Source of the DNA: an uncultured Acidobacteriota bacterium
Lineage (GTDB): Bacteria > Acidobacteriota > Vicinamibacteria > Marinacidobacterales > DATDRI01
Direction of reading: 5' to 3'
Assembly: GCA_963722765.1 (NCBI GenBank)
Contig: CAVROO010000025.1
Coordinates: 104,378 to 168,377, forward strand
Length of the DNA: 64,000 bases
Positions within the stretch are counted from its first letter, which is position 1; every line of letters begins with the position of its first letter. Under the pieces are notes generated by a model. The model had not been told where the DNA came from. It made no database searches and was given only the letters and a program-made list of their open reading frames with translations. Below, piece by piece: positions 1-10,968 of this stretch. The translations under genes and the position numbers were made by a program.

Positions 1-1646
1 GCGTTGGTCGCGTCCACTTTGCCGTCCACGGCCAGGGAGATTTTCGAGCCGACCTGCTTGACGGAAACGGTGGTGACCTCGTCTTCTCGGTAAAAGACGA
101 GATCGCCACGCCGCAGGAAATCGAGGACTTCGCCTTCACCCAGATAGGCGGCGTATTTGTACATACCACCCGACATCAGCTCCCGATCCCAATGGGGAAG
201 AACAAAAGGTGCTATGAAAGATGCCCCCAGAGCGGTGGCAGCTAAAGCGATGCGAACCGCTGTACGTGAGACGGCGGCCAGAACCAATGACCCCGCTATG
301 ACGTGTACGATGGCGGCGACATAGAGTGTCGCCTCCATTCCAATCCACGGCAGAAACAAAAACCCGGCGGTGAGGGAGCCGGAAACGGCGCCGACCGTGT
401 TCCACGCGTAAACGTGTCCGGTGGCCTTGCCGGTTTCGCGAACCGATTGGTAAAGGAGGCGTACAGCAAGAGGGAAGGCGGCGCCGAAAAGAAAGCTCGG
501 CACGATGAGCAACAGGAAAACCCAGAGGAGCTCAACCTGCAGCAACCAGGTCATTCGGTCGGCGTTGGCGCGGATCATCTGACCTACGGGAACCGGAAGC
601 CGTCCAATGATCTGAATGACGGCTATCGAAGCTAGGGCGGCGACCATTTGCACGACGGCGAGAAGGCTCGCCGGTCGGTGGCTGCGAGCCGCCCATCGCG
701 AGGAAACGGCACTGCCCAAGGCAATGCCGGCGATGACCGCCGAGACGACGAACGCAAAACCGTAGGTGGTCGGCCCGATGAGAAGAACCAGCGCCCGGGT
801 CCAGGCGACCTCGTCCATCAGAGCCGCCATTCCGGACAGGGCGATAACCGTTGAGACCACCCATGGCGCTACCGTCTCGAGGGTTGTTTCTTTTTCCTTG
901 GTCTTGCGTTTGGCTTTTTGGGGCTTGGGTGTGTTGACCTCGGCTTGCTTCTCGACGTTTTCTCCTCGAGTCGTTGCGAGCACGATCGCTGCTGCGGCCA
1001 GATTCAGCAGGATTGCAAGTCCCGTGGAATAACGTACACCGAGAAGGTAGAGAAGAAAGACTCCCGTGGCCAGACTTCCGAGCATGGCCCCCAGTGTGTT
1101 GGCGGCGTAGAGACGTCCCGCGGCTCGGCCTGATTGTTTGGCGCCGTCGTTTGCGTCCGGCGGTTTGGTGGACGAAGGTCCCAGGAACGTTGTCATCACG
1201 GGAAGAGTCGCTCCCATGAGTGTTGTCGGGATCAAAAGCAGCAAAGCACACGAACCGAATCGAAACAGACCCACCAGCGCGGCCGATGAGGTGCCGGCTC
1301 GGTAAAGCTCGGCCAGCAGGGGAGTCAATAGCTGCAGCAGAAAGGGAAAAGCGAGGCCAAAGACGGCAATCCCGGTCTCGATGAGCGCGTAAAGACGCGG
1401 CAGCTTTTGACGCGGGAGCTGGTCCACGTATCGCGCCGCCACGGCACTGCCCAAGCCAAGGCCGGCCATGAAGGTGGCCAGGACGGTCGCCATGGCAAAG
1501 ACCGTGCTGCCCATAACCAGGGTGAGCTGACGAACCCAGAGGATCTGATAGATGAGTCCGGCGGCGCCGGACAGGAATAGTGCCGTGAAAAAAAAGAACC
1601 AGGTACGGGAAGAAGCGGTCTTTGCTTCTTGAGCCTCTCGAGTCAC
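1..1646 (-). CDS. fused MFS-type membrane domain / spermidine synthase-like protein, 5' part (3' end lies beyond window start)
   Basis: Own translation of an unlisted minus-strand frame: GTG at 1646 preceded by in-frame TAA; ..FFFFTALFLSGAAGLIYQILWVRQLTLVMGSTVFAMATVLATFMAGLGLGS.. (multi-TM) then ..GGMYKYAAYLGEGEVLDFLRRGDLVFYREDEVTTVSVKQ..AVDGKVDATN, the pattern of SpeE-like fusion proteins. Listed ORF 532..1785 is an Arg-rich shadow frame. Confidence 0.75.
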   Translation of the reverse strand, partial: MTREAQEAKTASSRTWFFFFTALFLSGAAGLIYQILWVRQLTLVMGSTVFAMATVLATFMAGLGLGSAVAARYVDQLPRQKLPRLYALIETGIAVFGLAFPFLLQLLTPLLAELYRAGTSSAALVGLFRFGSCALLLLIPTTLMGATLPVMTTFLGPSSTKPPDANDGAKQSGRAAGRLYAANTLGAMLGSLATGVFLLYLLGVRYSTGLAILLNLAAAAIVLATTRGENVEKQAEVNTPKPQKAKRKTKEKETTLETVAPWVVSTVIALSGMAALMDEVAWTRALVLLIGPTTYGFAFVVSAVIAGIALGSAVSSRWAARSHRPASLLAVVQMVAALASIAVIQIIGRLPVPVGQMIRANADRMTWLLQVELLWVFLLLIVPSFLFGAAFPLAVRLLYQSVRETGKATGHVYAWNTVGAVSGSLTAGFLFLPWIGMEATLYVAAIVHVIAGSLVLAAVSRTAVRIALAATALGASFIAPFVLPHWDRELMSGGMYKYAAYLGEGEVLDFLRRGDLVFYREDEVTTVSVKQVGSKISLAVDGKVDATN

Positions 1647-1663
1647 GAGCGGAGTTTATCAAG

Positions 1664-1729
1664 AAAGAATACAGAATACAGTAGTCAGAAGGAATAGGGA
1701 CGACGACTACGTCGTCGGCTTCAGGATTG
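1664..1729 (+). repeat. short tandem CAGAA/AGAAT array + GC hairpin (family copy 1)
   Basis: gaatacagaatacagtagtcagaagg followed by hairpin gacgacg-acta-cgtcgtc and tail ggcttcaggattga; same layout as 17799..17879 and 33921..34019. Confidence 0.6.
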
Positions 1730-1856
1730 AGAAAAGACAGGATGAACCTTTGTTGGAGTTGCATAGGTCGGTAGAGCAAGGTCAAATAGTGTTGCTCTCA
1801 GGTCCAGCATTCACGCGTATGCAAGAAAGTTTATATGTAGAACGGAGGTCGGACTG

Positions 1857-4513
1857 ATGTATCGACGCATAGCGATCGGATTGATACCGCTTCTTCTTGG
1901 ATCCGTTGCCGCCGTGGCGGAGGTGCCAAAGCCCGCCGATGTCTTCGGTTTCGAGCCGGGAGCCGACTACAAGATCGCCGACTACAAACAAATACTGGAT
2001 TATTACCAGCGTCTGGACAAAGAAAGTGATCGGGTTCGGTTGAAGGAGATCGGCCAGTCCGTCGAGGGGCGTCCCTTGCTCTTGCTCTTCATTTCGAGCG
2101 AAGAGAACATCGCCCGTCTCGATCACTATCGCTCGGTCAGCGAGAAACTGGCCCGGGCCCGCGTCGATGAAACGGCGGCTCGCCAACTCGCTGCGGAAGG
2201 CAAAGCCATCATTTGGGTCAACGGTGGGCTTCACGCTACGGAAAGAGCGCCAGGCCAGACTATGCCCCTTCTCGCCTACCACGTGGCCACCGAAGAGTCT
2301 CCGGAGATGAAGAAGGTTCGGGAGAATGTGATCTTGCTGCTCATGCCCATGATGAATCCAGACGGTTTGGATCTGGTCGCCGATTGGTATCGCAAGAATC
2401 TTGGAACTCCCTATGAGACCACGAGTCCGCCCCAGTCTCTATCACCACTACGTGGGGCACGACAACAACCGCGACTGGTTCATGAATAACATGCCGGAAA
2501 CGGAAGCGGTCTCGGAGATTCTCTATAACAGGTGGTATCCCCAGATCGTGCTCAACCACCACCAAACCTCACCGCCCTGGGCACGCATCTACCTCCCGCC
2601 TTTTTCCGATCCGGTCAACCCACGCATCCACCCCGGTGTGACCACCGGCGTCAACATCGTAGGAAGCGCTATGGCCAACCGCTTCGCCATGGAGAAGAAG
2701 CCGGGTGTCATCTCCGGCATCGTCTTCAGTATGTGGTGGAACGGCGGCATGCGGACCGTGCCTTACTATCATAACCAGGTGGGGATTCTAACCGAGACCG
2801 GCCATGCCACCCCGACGCCTCGATATTACGATCCCGAAGAACTACCCGAGAATCTCATCCCTTACGGCGGCCGTATTCGGGGCGGAATGATCTCGACGAA
2901 AGGCACCAACATCAACTACCCCTATCCCTGGAAAGGTGGAGAGTCTCATTTCCGCGATGCCGTCGACTACATCTATACGGCTTCCATGGCGGTGTTGGAT
3001 ATCGGATCGAATCTGCGTGAGGAGTGGCTCTTCAATATGTATCAAATGGGCCGGGACGCCATCGATGAAGGCAAATCCGGCTCTTTCGCGTACGTCATTC
3101 CCATGGAGCAGTGGGACCGAGGCGAAGCTTACAATCTGGTGGGTGTTCTTCGTCGGGGGGGGGTCGAGGTCGAGCGTTCCACGGCGGACTTCACAGCGGG
3201 GGGACAATCCTATGCGAAGGGATCCTTTGTGATCCGCTGCGACCAGGCGTTTCGCCCCTACCTCGTCGATCTGATGGAGACGCAGGACTATCCCGATCGA
3301 CGACGGACTCCGGACGGGCCGCCTGACCCGCCTTACGATCTCGCCGGTTGGACCTTGCCGATGCAGATGGGTGTTCGGGTGGACCTTATCGAGGAGTCCT
3401 TCGAGTTTCACACCGAAGAAGTGACCGGTCTCGTGGTGGGAGATGCCGGCGAGGTCACCGGGGATGCCGGCTACGGCTACGTGCTTTCCCATCGTCCCAA
3501 CTACGCCACCTGGGCCGTCAACCTACTTCTTGGCAAGGGAGAGCATCTTTACCGGACGGAAGAGGGATTTCAGGCCGGTGGTCGCCACTACGACGCCGGC
3601 GCCATCCTCATCGAGTCGAAGGGCCGCGATACGGTTAATGGCGTGAAATCGATGGCCGACCTCGGTCTGGATTTCGCGGGGATCTCGAGCAAACCCTCGA
3701 CGGAGCTCGTTCCCCTGAGGGAGGCGCGGATCGGCCTTTACAAGTCTTGGATGTCCAACATGGACGAAGGTTGGACCCGGTGGTTGCTCGAAAGCTACGA
3801 CTTCGCCGTCGAGACGCTTCACGACGAAGACATCCGGGCGGGAGACCTATCGCGTTTCGATGCCGTTCTGCTCCCCGATCAATCGCCGGATGACATTATG
3901 AATGGCCACCCGCCGGGAACCATGCCCGATGAGTATGTGGGCGGGTTGGGTCTAGAGGGCGCCCTCGCTTTAAAGCAATTTGTGGATCAAGGCGGAACGC
4001 TTGTGGCTCTCGACCACGCGAGCGACTTCGTGATCGATCAGTTTGGTTTGCCGGTTCGTAACGTGGTCTCGGACGTCTCACCGCGGGAGTTTTTCATCCC
4101 CGGATCGTTGATCCGAACGAAAGTGGATATAACTCATCCGCTCGCATACGGCATGCAGGAGGAAGTGGCGGTGTCGTTTCAGAGGAGCCGGGCTTTCGAG
4201 ATCGTCACCCTGAGCCGCATGGGCGAGGGCGGCAAAGAGGAAACCAAGGCGCCTCCGGCTCCGCCGGTGGACATCATAGCGAGCTATGCCGAAGAAGAGA
4301 TCCTGATGAGTGGGTGGGCCCTCGGCGAAGAGAAATACATTGCGGGAAAAGCAGCCGTCGTCAAAGTCGACGTCGGTTCGGGCGAGGTCATTCTGTTTGC
4401 TTTTCGGCCTCAGTTCCGAGGGCAGCCACGGGGGACTTACAAGCTCGTTGTTCAATGCTCTGCAGGGTGCGGCTGCCGGTGTGAAACCACCATCCACAGA
4501 CGCAAACCAATAA
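1857..4513 (+). pseudogene. M14 family zinc carboxypeptidase, interrupted by two frame changes as assembled
   Basis: ORFs 1857..2489, 2401..4518 and 4310..4513 are consecutive pieces of one protein: signal peptide, HxxE zinc motif in GGLHATERAPGQ, ..LYHHYVGHDNNRDW.., C-terminus ..PRGTYKL / LFNALQGAAAG. Frame changes at ~2430 (inside ccgcccca) and ~4447. Confidence 0.8.
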
Positions 4514-4514
4514 T

Positions 4515-5437
4515 CTAGCGGGTCACGACGAGATATCCGGCGCGGGATCTGATCTCGGAAGCCTTGTGTCCTTTTACCTTCACTTCGATCTTGTGCCAGC
4601 CTTCCGGCGACACATCTCGCGGTTGGTAGGTTAGGAGGAACCGCGTCTCCATTTCCGATAGAATCCGGAGATAGATGTCTTTCAGCTCGTCGGCGGAGCG
4701 CGCGAACCAGGTTCGACCTCCCGTCGATTCAGCTGAGCCTTTCGAGGAATCGGTTCCCGTCCTGGGAGGCGTTCGAGATCAGGCGGTTGCCGCGGTAAAT
4801 CCCGCCGGCGGTAACTACGCTGACGGTGTAGATGATGGTATCCGAGGCTTTCGCCGCGTCCATCAAATCCGATTCACGAATCCAGCTCGCGTTGTCGTTG
4901 CCGTCCGTGAAGAGCAGCAACAACGGTCTTCCCGTACCGGACTCCAAGAGCTTCAATCCGGCGAACAACGCATCGTTGAGCGCGGTGATATCCTCCTTCA
5001 ATTCTCTGATTCAGGACTCTTTGAAGCGTCGTGAAATCGTTGTCGAGGGCCTTTCTCAAGTCCATTCGATGCGTGAACATCAACAGACCGGCTTCATCTT
5101 CCTTTTTTAGACCTTCGACGAAAGCATGAGCGGCTCCGCGAAGGTGCTTCAGCTTCGGACCGCGTACACTGCCGCTGACGTCCAAAACGAGCAGCGTGCT
5201 CATGGGAACGGCTTCGATATCCACCAGCTCGTGCTCTTGAGCGACTCCGTTGTCGAAGACGACGAAATCCTCGCTCTCGAGCGTGGTGAAGGGTTTGCCG
5301 TCGCGTGTGACGAAGATATCCACATAGACGTTACGCACTTCGAGCTCGAATCGATAGAGCTCCTGACCGAAAACCGGATGAGGCAGAAACATGGAGAGCG
5401 AGAGCAGCCCGACCGAGATGAAGTCATGGCTCCTCAC
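4515..5437 (-). pseudogene. VWA domain protein (acidobacterial VWFA-related type), two frame changes as assembled
   Basis: ORFs 4874..5437 and 4729..5001 plus an unlisted 3' frame (AESTGGRTWFARSADELKDIYLRILSEMETRFLLTYQP..GYLVVTR*) join into one protein with MIDAS DxSxS (VLDVSGSV), GGDITALNDAL and LLLFTDGNDN. Frame changes ~4993 and ~4735. Confidence 0.7.
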
Positions 5438-6495
5438 AGCCGGGTTTCCTCCCTCAACTCCGCGAGCAGGGTTTCATAGCGGTCCGCGTTGCCGAGAAGA
5501 TAGCGCCACCAGAGATCATGCTTTCCCGATGTGGCCGGAGATGTCGGTGGTTCGCTCTCCGGCATTAAGTAGTCACGGATGATCCGGCGGGAACCTTGGG
5601 CGTCCCCGGCTTTGTGTAAGGCCATGGCGAGAGCCATGACGGAAGTTTGGCAGGTTGGATCCAGTGCTCGAGCTCGTCGAAAGGTCTGGATCGCTTCGGC
5701 GAGCTCGCCTCGCCCGAGATGAACCTCGCCCAGGCTCAAAAGCCCGGCGAGTCGTACCGGCGGGTCCGGCGCTCCTTCGAGGCCGCGAGTGAGATAGTCG
5801 AAAGCCTCTTCCGCCTGTCCGGTCAGCGCCAGGACCCGGCCGAGACGGATCAGAGCTTCGGCATGATCCGGCTCCGTTTCCAACGCGATTCGATATTGAG
5901 TCTCGGCGATTCCGAAGGCGCTCGCGTCGCGCTCCATCCACCCGGACGCCTCGCTGAGCATTCCGAAGGCGGTGTGAAGCTCGACGTCGTTGGGAAACGA
6001 CTTTCTCGCGGCGTGAATAGCGGTCGTATCTCCGGAGCCGAACGATTGCATATGGAAGTAACCCAGCATGAGGAGCCAGCGCCGCTCGAAGTCTTCGCGG
6101 TCCGGCGGGTCGAGCTCGCGGATCCAAGTCCGCGCGTGATTCAAATGGAAGTCGGAATCATCGAATTTGAGGAGGACGATCTCGGTATGGAGCAATGCGG
6201 CTGCTTTGATTTGCCCCGAGTCGAGGCGCTCCTTTCGGGATTCGTGTACGGCTTCACGGATTTGTTCTTTGTCCCAACGAGACAAAGAGCGGGAGGCATC
6301 ACGGCAGTCACCTTGACGGTAGCGATGGATGAGATGAGTATAGTCTTCGAGTGTGACTTCGTCGGGTTCATCTTGGTGACCGGCAACGTTTTCGACAGAG
6401 CAAAATAAGCTCATGGAAAGCAAGCAAACGGCTATTGGAAGTTTTGGGAGACGAGGCTGTACGTTAAAGAGCTTTCCTCTCAATATGCCGACCAT
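5434..6495 (-). CDS. TPR repeat protein, secreted/membrane anchored
   Basis: 353-aa ORF with N-terminal hydrophobic segment and TPR-like stretches (AEALIRLGRVLALTGQAEEAFDYLTRGL.., LGEVHLGRGELAEAIQTFRRARALDP); ATGA overlap with the downstream VWA gene start suggests one operon. Confidence 0.7.
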   Translation of the reverse strand: MVGILRGKLFNVQPRLPKLPIAVCLLSMSLFCSVENVAGHQDEPDEVTLEDYTHLIHRYRQGDCRDASRSLSRWDKEQIREAVHESRKERLDSGQIKAAALLHTEIVLLKFDDSDFHLNHARTWIRELDPPDREDFERRWLLMLGYFHMQSFGSGDTTAIHAARKSFPNDVELHTAFGMLSEASGWMERDASAFGIAETQYRIALETEPDHAEALIRLGRVLALTGQAEEAFDYLTRGLEGAPDPPVRLAGLLSLGEVHLGRGELAEAIQTFRRARALDPTCQTSVMALAMALHKAGDAQGSRRIIRDYLMPESEPPTSPATSGKHDLWWRYLLGNADRYETLLAELREETRL

Positions 6496-6587
6496 GATAT
6501 TCGAACTTTGTGACCGAATAAACGTCGGCGCAGTCGTTCGTGTTTGCGCGGTTTGAGCTGTGAGGGATTCCGTGAATATAGAATCTA

Positions 6588-6858
6588 GCCCTAATACGAC
6601 AATAAACTCAGGGTAAATTGCAGGAAAAACGGGGACAGGTCCCTTTTTGGCAAAGACAACGGTCCACCAAAAACGGACCTGTCCCTGTTTTTCCAGTAAT
6701 TTGCGTAGATTTCGTGAGCTCGGATTAGTCCCTTACTAGTGAAATTGAATGCAAAAAGTAAACAATTTTCCGGGAGCTGACCGCTGATTGCTGACGGCTG
6801 AAACCTCGCGGCAAGCCGCGACGCCCCTTTTTTGGTTGCGGCTCTGCCGCGTCAGGGC
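6588..6858 (+). mobile_element. MITE-like composite repeat, copy A (long-hairpin module + GCTGANN heptamer/hairpin module), TA-flanked
   Basis: Near-identical to 17879..18313 over two blocks (6588..6730 and 6738..6858). Ends cTA-gccctaatacg ... cgcgtcagggc-TAg form terminal inverted repeats. No ORF of its own. Confidence 0.65.
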
Positions 6859-7911
6859 TAGTTCGAGGCGGCGACGGTTTGCTCGAGAGCACGAGCCGTC
6901 GTTTCGCCTGCGAACCGGGCGCCGGCGACGAGAGACTCTTTCATCAACTCGGCGAGGCGTCGTCCGAGTTGGGTCTCCCAGTAGGAGAGATATCCCCAAA
7001 GCTCGTCGGCGTCCAGCAGGCGATAGGCGAAGAGCAGGTTTGTATGGTTCTCATCTTTCAACCGCTTCTCGACCTGGTCGCGGAGAACTGCGGTTCCATC
7101 GTTCCCTTGTGTATCGGTTAGACTCCGATAGCGGTCTCCCAAGACCTCGGTCATTGTGAGGTGCATTTCCACGTCTGTGGCAGTGGTGGCCACGAGATCG
7201 TCGAGTCTTCCGACCAGTGTGAGGCGGCTCTCCGGCAAAGGTCTTCTTTCGATTTTTTTTACGAACCGTGAGCGTTCGTCAACATCGGCTCGAGCTGCTT
7301 TTTCCATCTCGATCATCCGGCGGGCCAAAGGACATTCGAGCCAAGCGAGCCAGGAGTCGAGTTGTTTGTCGGACGATCCCTCGGCAAAGGTTCTTGCTAC
7401 GATATCGATGACCTCACCGCTGTCGAAACCTTGTCTCAGTGCTCCTAGAAGAAAATGACTTTGTTGAGGCAAGTCCCCTTCCAATTCAACCACCTGCGTT
7501 TCGAGGCGCCGGCGAAACTGTTGGAGCGTTGAATCGGTTCCGTAGAGCTCGAGGATTCGTTTTGTTTTCCCGAGCCGGTCATTGATGGATTCGCCGGTCG
7601 CAGGCGGAGATTGTCCGGTGTGCGACGGGAGCCGTAGAAGGGAGCTTTGGGGGCGGTGTCGGCGCCACGGGAGCGGCCGATTTTTCGGCCGAAGCGACGA
7701 CTTTCGGGGCACCCTCTATTGCTGCGACGTCGATGTAGGAAAGAGGCACGGAACGAAGCTTGCCGTCCAGGGTTGTGAAAACGACGACGTTGCCACGAAT
7801 CTCGTAACTCTCGACCTCCATGCGGGTGCCGTCAACAAAGATGAGGTCTTCCTCGGCCTGGGCGACCGTCGTAAAGAGTGCCACGGCGAAAGCTAAGCTG
7901 AGCAATCGCAT
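6858..7911 (-). CDS. secreted DUF2059-like protein (one frame change in a Pro/Ala linker as assembled)
   Basis: ORF 7579..7923 (ATG 7911 after GGAGGG; signal peptide MRLLSLAFAVALFTTVAQA) and ORF 6858..7712 overlap in different frames. The 5' 30 codons of the second are Arg-rich junk, so they most simply join within 7580..7712. C-terminal half has two DUF2059-like units (..LLFAYRLLDADELWGYLSYWETQLGRRL..). Confidence 0.55.
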
Positions 7912-8010
7912 TGTACCCTCCAAATAGGGAGGTGAACCGGTTTTTGGATGTAGTAGAAACTTCTAGTTTCAGTATAAACCGTTGTTGCTGAATAGGAAAG
8001 TGGGGACAAA

Positions 8011-8039
8011 AATCCCCGGGGCGCCGTGCCCCGGGGATT
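8011..8039 (-). terminator. intrinsic terminator downstream of the TonB receptor gene
   Basis: Perfect 12-bp stem aatccccggggc/gccccggggatt with 5-nt loop, 18 nt after the stop at 8057. On the minus strand it is followed by TTTTTG. Confidence 0.7.
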
Positions 8040-8056
8040 CGAAAGCAGTCTTCTCT

Positions 8057-10968
8057 TTATCCGCTAGCTAGAACGTCCAGCGGATGCCGAACCGTATCAC
8101 TCGCGGATCGAGTAGCGCGATGATCTTCCTTGTAGCGGCTGCCCGAAGTGTTCCGGGCATTGGTGACCACTCCGTTGTTGAAAAGGTTGAAGATGTCCAG
8201 CATGCCCGTCACACGAGCCCAGCGGGGATTGATGACGAACTCCTTCTCGAGGCGGACGTCGAAGATGCCCACATTGGGCGACCGGTTGGTGTTCGTTTCA
8301 TAGGCCGCGGTCTTGGTGGTTCCGGCGATTGGGAGGCGTGGGTTGATCTCCGCGTATAGTTGTAGCCGCTCTGGAACTTGTAGGAGGCGCTCACACCGAT
8401 CTCGTAGGGGAAGATGTAGCGTCCCACCATCTTGAAGTTGTACCAACCCGTATCCTCGGGTGAGAAACGGCGCGTGTTGGGGTCCCAGTTGTAGTCCTGT
8501 GCACTCCGCAAAACAAACCTACTGCCGGTGGAGCTATCGGGCTCGCGGATGTCATTGGCCATGGTATACATGAACGAGGACAGGAACATCCAGTTGTCCC
8601 TGAAACGCCGGTTGATGGCGACCTCGACCGTGTTGTAGGTCGCTTCATGTACTTGGTATCCGTATTTACTCGGGTTGGCGGCGGTCCGGTCCTGATCCAC
8701 ACCGGGGTCCCGATCGAAAGTGGATGATCTCCTGATCGTCTCCCGTTCCCTGGATGTTGTCGTCGCCGAAGTCGTTGAATTTGTAGGGATTCGTATAGGT
8801 GGTTAAGCGGTTGAGATCGACTGTCGTCCCAACCCCTCCGAGATCGCTTGTAAACGTAGGAGCCGCGGACCGACAGGCACTCCGCTATTTCGTGCTCCAT
8901 ATGGATGGAGAACTCTTTGCCGTAAGGAGTACACCAAGCCCGGTCGACCGGGTACAAACCGGCGCCACCCAGCGGGCGGAGAAATCGGTCGAGCTCCGGG
9001 GAGGAAGCTGAGGTTCCCGTCCGCTCCCGGATCGAGGAGCAGTTGCCATTCAAGTCGTTCCAGACGTAGCGTTCTGCGGCTTGCCCCACAGGGTTCTCCT
9101 GCGCTTGCGGGAGGACGCTGGGATTGTCATAGAAACGGCCATAGAAGGCTTTGAGCACCGTTTTGCCCTCCCCGGTGACGTCCTAGGCGATCCCGAGTCG
9201 TGGACCGACATTGTTCCAGGTGACGACGGTTTTGGCCTGCACCGTAACCGGTGGGAAGAAGTCTCCTCGGTTGGGTGTAGAAGTCTGTTCCGGCCAGCCC
9301 ATCATATAGCGGTCGAACCGAAGGCCCCAGGTTCATGGTTAGGTGGTTTTATCGTCCAGCAATCCTGACGCATAGAAGGCAAGAATGTTGGTTTCGTTGA
9401 CAACGCCGATCGGTGTGTTGTAGACATCCACCTCGGTCCGCCTCCGTTTTCGGTGTAGTAGAAGAGGTTACCGGCTGAAGCCGTTCAAGACCCGTCTTCC
9501 TTGACGATCTCGGTGCCGAACTTGAAGTTGTGCGTGCCTTTCCAGTCGTCCCTGTAGTAGGAGACGTTGCCGAAGAACTGGGGCTTGTTCCGGGTTTTGG
9601 TCTTGATAGTAGGACGTGCGCCCGTGTGCTGGCGGTGGCGTTGACAGGTAACCGGCCTCGATGGTCCCTCGGTGCTCTGCGAGCGGGTCTGCTGGGGATA
9701 GAGCGGGAACTGGTTCAGCCAGCCCCGTACTGGACGTCCAGGAACGTCCGGTCGTTGATGAACGCTGGTCCACTCGAGCTTCCACGGGACGTTCACCGAC
9801 GCTTGATACCAGGAGCGTCGCGAAGGGCAGGCGGTAGGAAAGGTTCCGTGCCGCCTGGAGCTTGGTCCGCTGGTTGTAAAAGCCGATGATCTGATTCTTC
9901 GAGTTGATGGCAAGGTGCCCTTGAAGGTGTAGTTGATGAGCTGCGTCTGCGCCGGGTCTGGCGCGCCGATGCGCGTACTTGAACTGGTTGTTCTTCCGGT
10001 AGCCCCCATAGAACCAGGCATGGCCGGGAACAACGGTCCGCCTACGCCCACGTTGAAATCGGTCTGCTCGGTGATGGGGTTCCCGGCTCGAGGCCGCCTC
10101 GGTGACGGGGCCTTGAAATCGCCCGGTCGTTCGTTCCGCCGGCCGTCCGGAACTCATCGGGGGAACGTTGTCGCCGATGGTACTGTCGTCCTGGTAATCG
10201 AAGTAGACGTCGCCGTGGAACTCGTCTCCGCCCGATTTCACCGTGAGGTTGAAAAAGGCTCCCGATGCCGTGGGTCTCGGCCATGTTGCCGGAGCCGCCG
10301 AACTCGAACTCCTCGAAGCTCCCGTAGTCGAAGTAGCCCGGCGTTGGCATTGGTGCCCTCGGTCACGTTGATGCCCTCGAGAAGGGTCCGGTTCTGATCA
10401 TTGAATCCGTAGGTCTGGAAGCCGGTCTGGGTGCCGGTATGGGATCCGCCCACGTCGTATCCCGTCATCTGGAATCCGGGGGCCTGAGCCATGGAGGCCC
10501 AGATGTCACGGGCGTTAGGGATGTCTTCCAGCAGCTCTTCGCTGAAGTTGGTTCCGGTGGTGGTGGACTTCACATCGACGACGGGGGACTCACCGGTGAT
10601 GGTGATGGTTTCCTCGACCCCTGCGATGTCGAGCTCGGCGTTGACGGTGAGGGTCATATTCAAGTTGACACGGAGCTCTTCCCGAATGAGGGTTTGAAAG
10701 CCGGGTAGCTCGAACGGTCACGGTGTAAATTCCCGGCGGGAGGTTGGGGATCCGGTAATTGCGCCTGGGCGCACCGCGACGGACTACTTGACGGTTGGAT
10801 GAGTGCCGGGCTCGTGGCGGTAACGGTGACACCGGGCAGAACCGCTCCAGTGTTGTCCCTTACCACACCATCGATGGTACCGCGTTGTTCCTGCGATTCG
10901 GCCGGAACGCAGACAAGAGACAGGATGACCGCGGTTAGGCAAGCCATACCTATACTGAATCGCGTCAT
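8057..10968 (-). pseudogene. TonB-dependent receptor (CarboxypepD_reg + plug + barrel), heavily frame-disrupted
   Basis: Eight overlapping minus-strand ORFs (10660..10986 down to 8057..8446) each carry part of a receptor: signal peptide + GTIDGVVRDNTGAVLPGVTVTATSP, YRIPNLPPGIYTVTV, ITGESPVVDVKSTTTG, GFQTYGFNDQNRTLLEGINVTEG, C-terminal barrel strands. ATG 10968 follows AAGGAG. 9159..9467 has no long ORF. Confidence 0.8.

Noticed and set aside
532-1785. Long listed ORFs on the opposite strand or off-frame to recognisable genes, for example 532..1785, 16774..17679, 19543..20994, 21283..22305, 22142..23431, 25161..25817, 39496..40413 and the 5' part of 42170..43180.
   Set aside because: Their translations are Arg/Pro/Gly-rich low-complexity sequence. 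They overlap genes with clear family motifs (MFS/SpeE-like, argF, aceE, aceF, lpdA, WecA-like, GT). They are typical shadow ORFs of GC-rich DNA.
2401-2489. Programmed ribosomal frameshifting to explain the split genes (M14, wzc, aceF and others).
   Set aside because: The junctions share no slippery heptamer or downstream structure. They occur in unrelated genes at about twenty sites, and several are in simple homopolymers. Indel errors or mutations explain them better.
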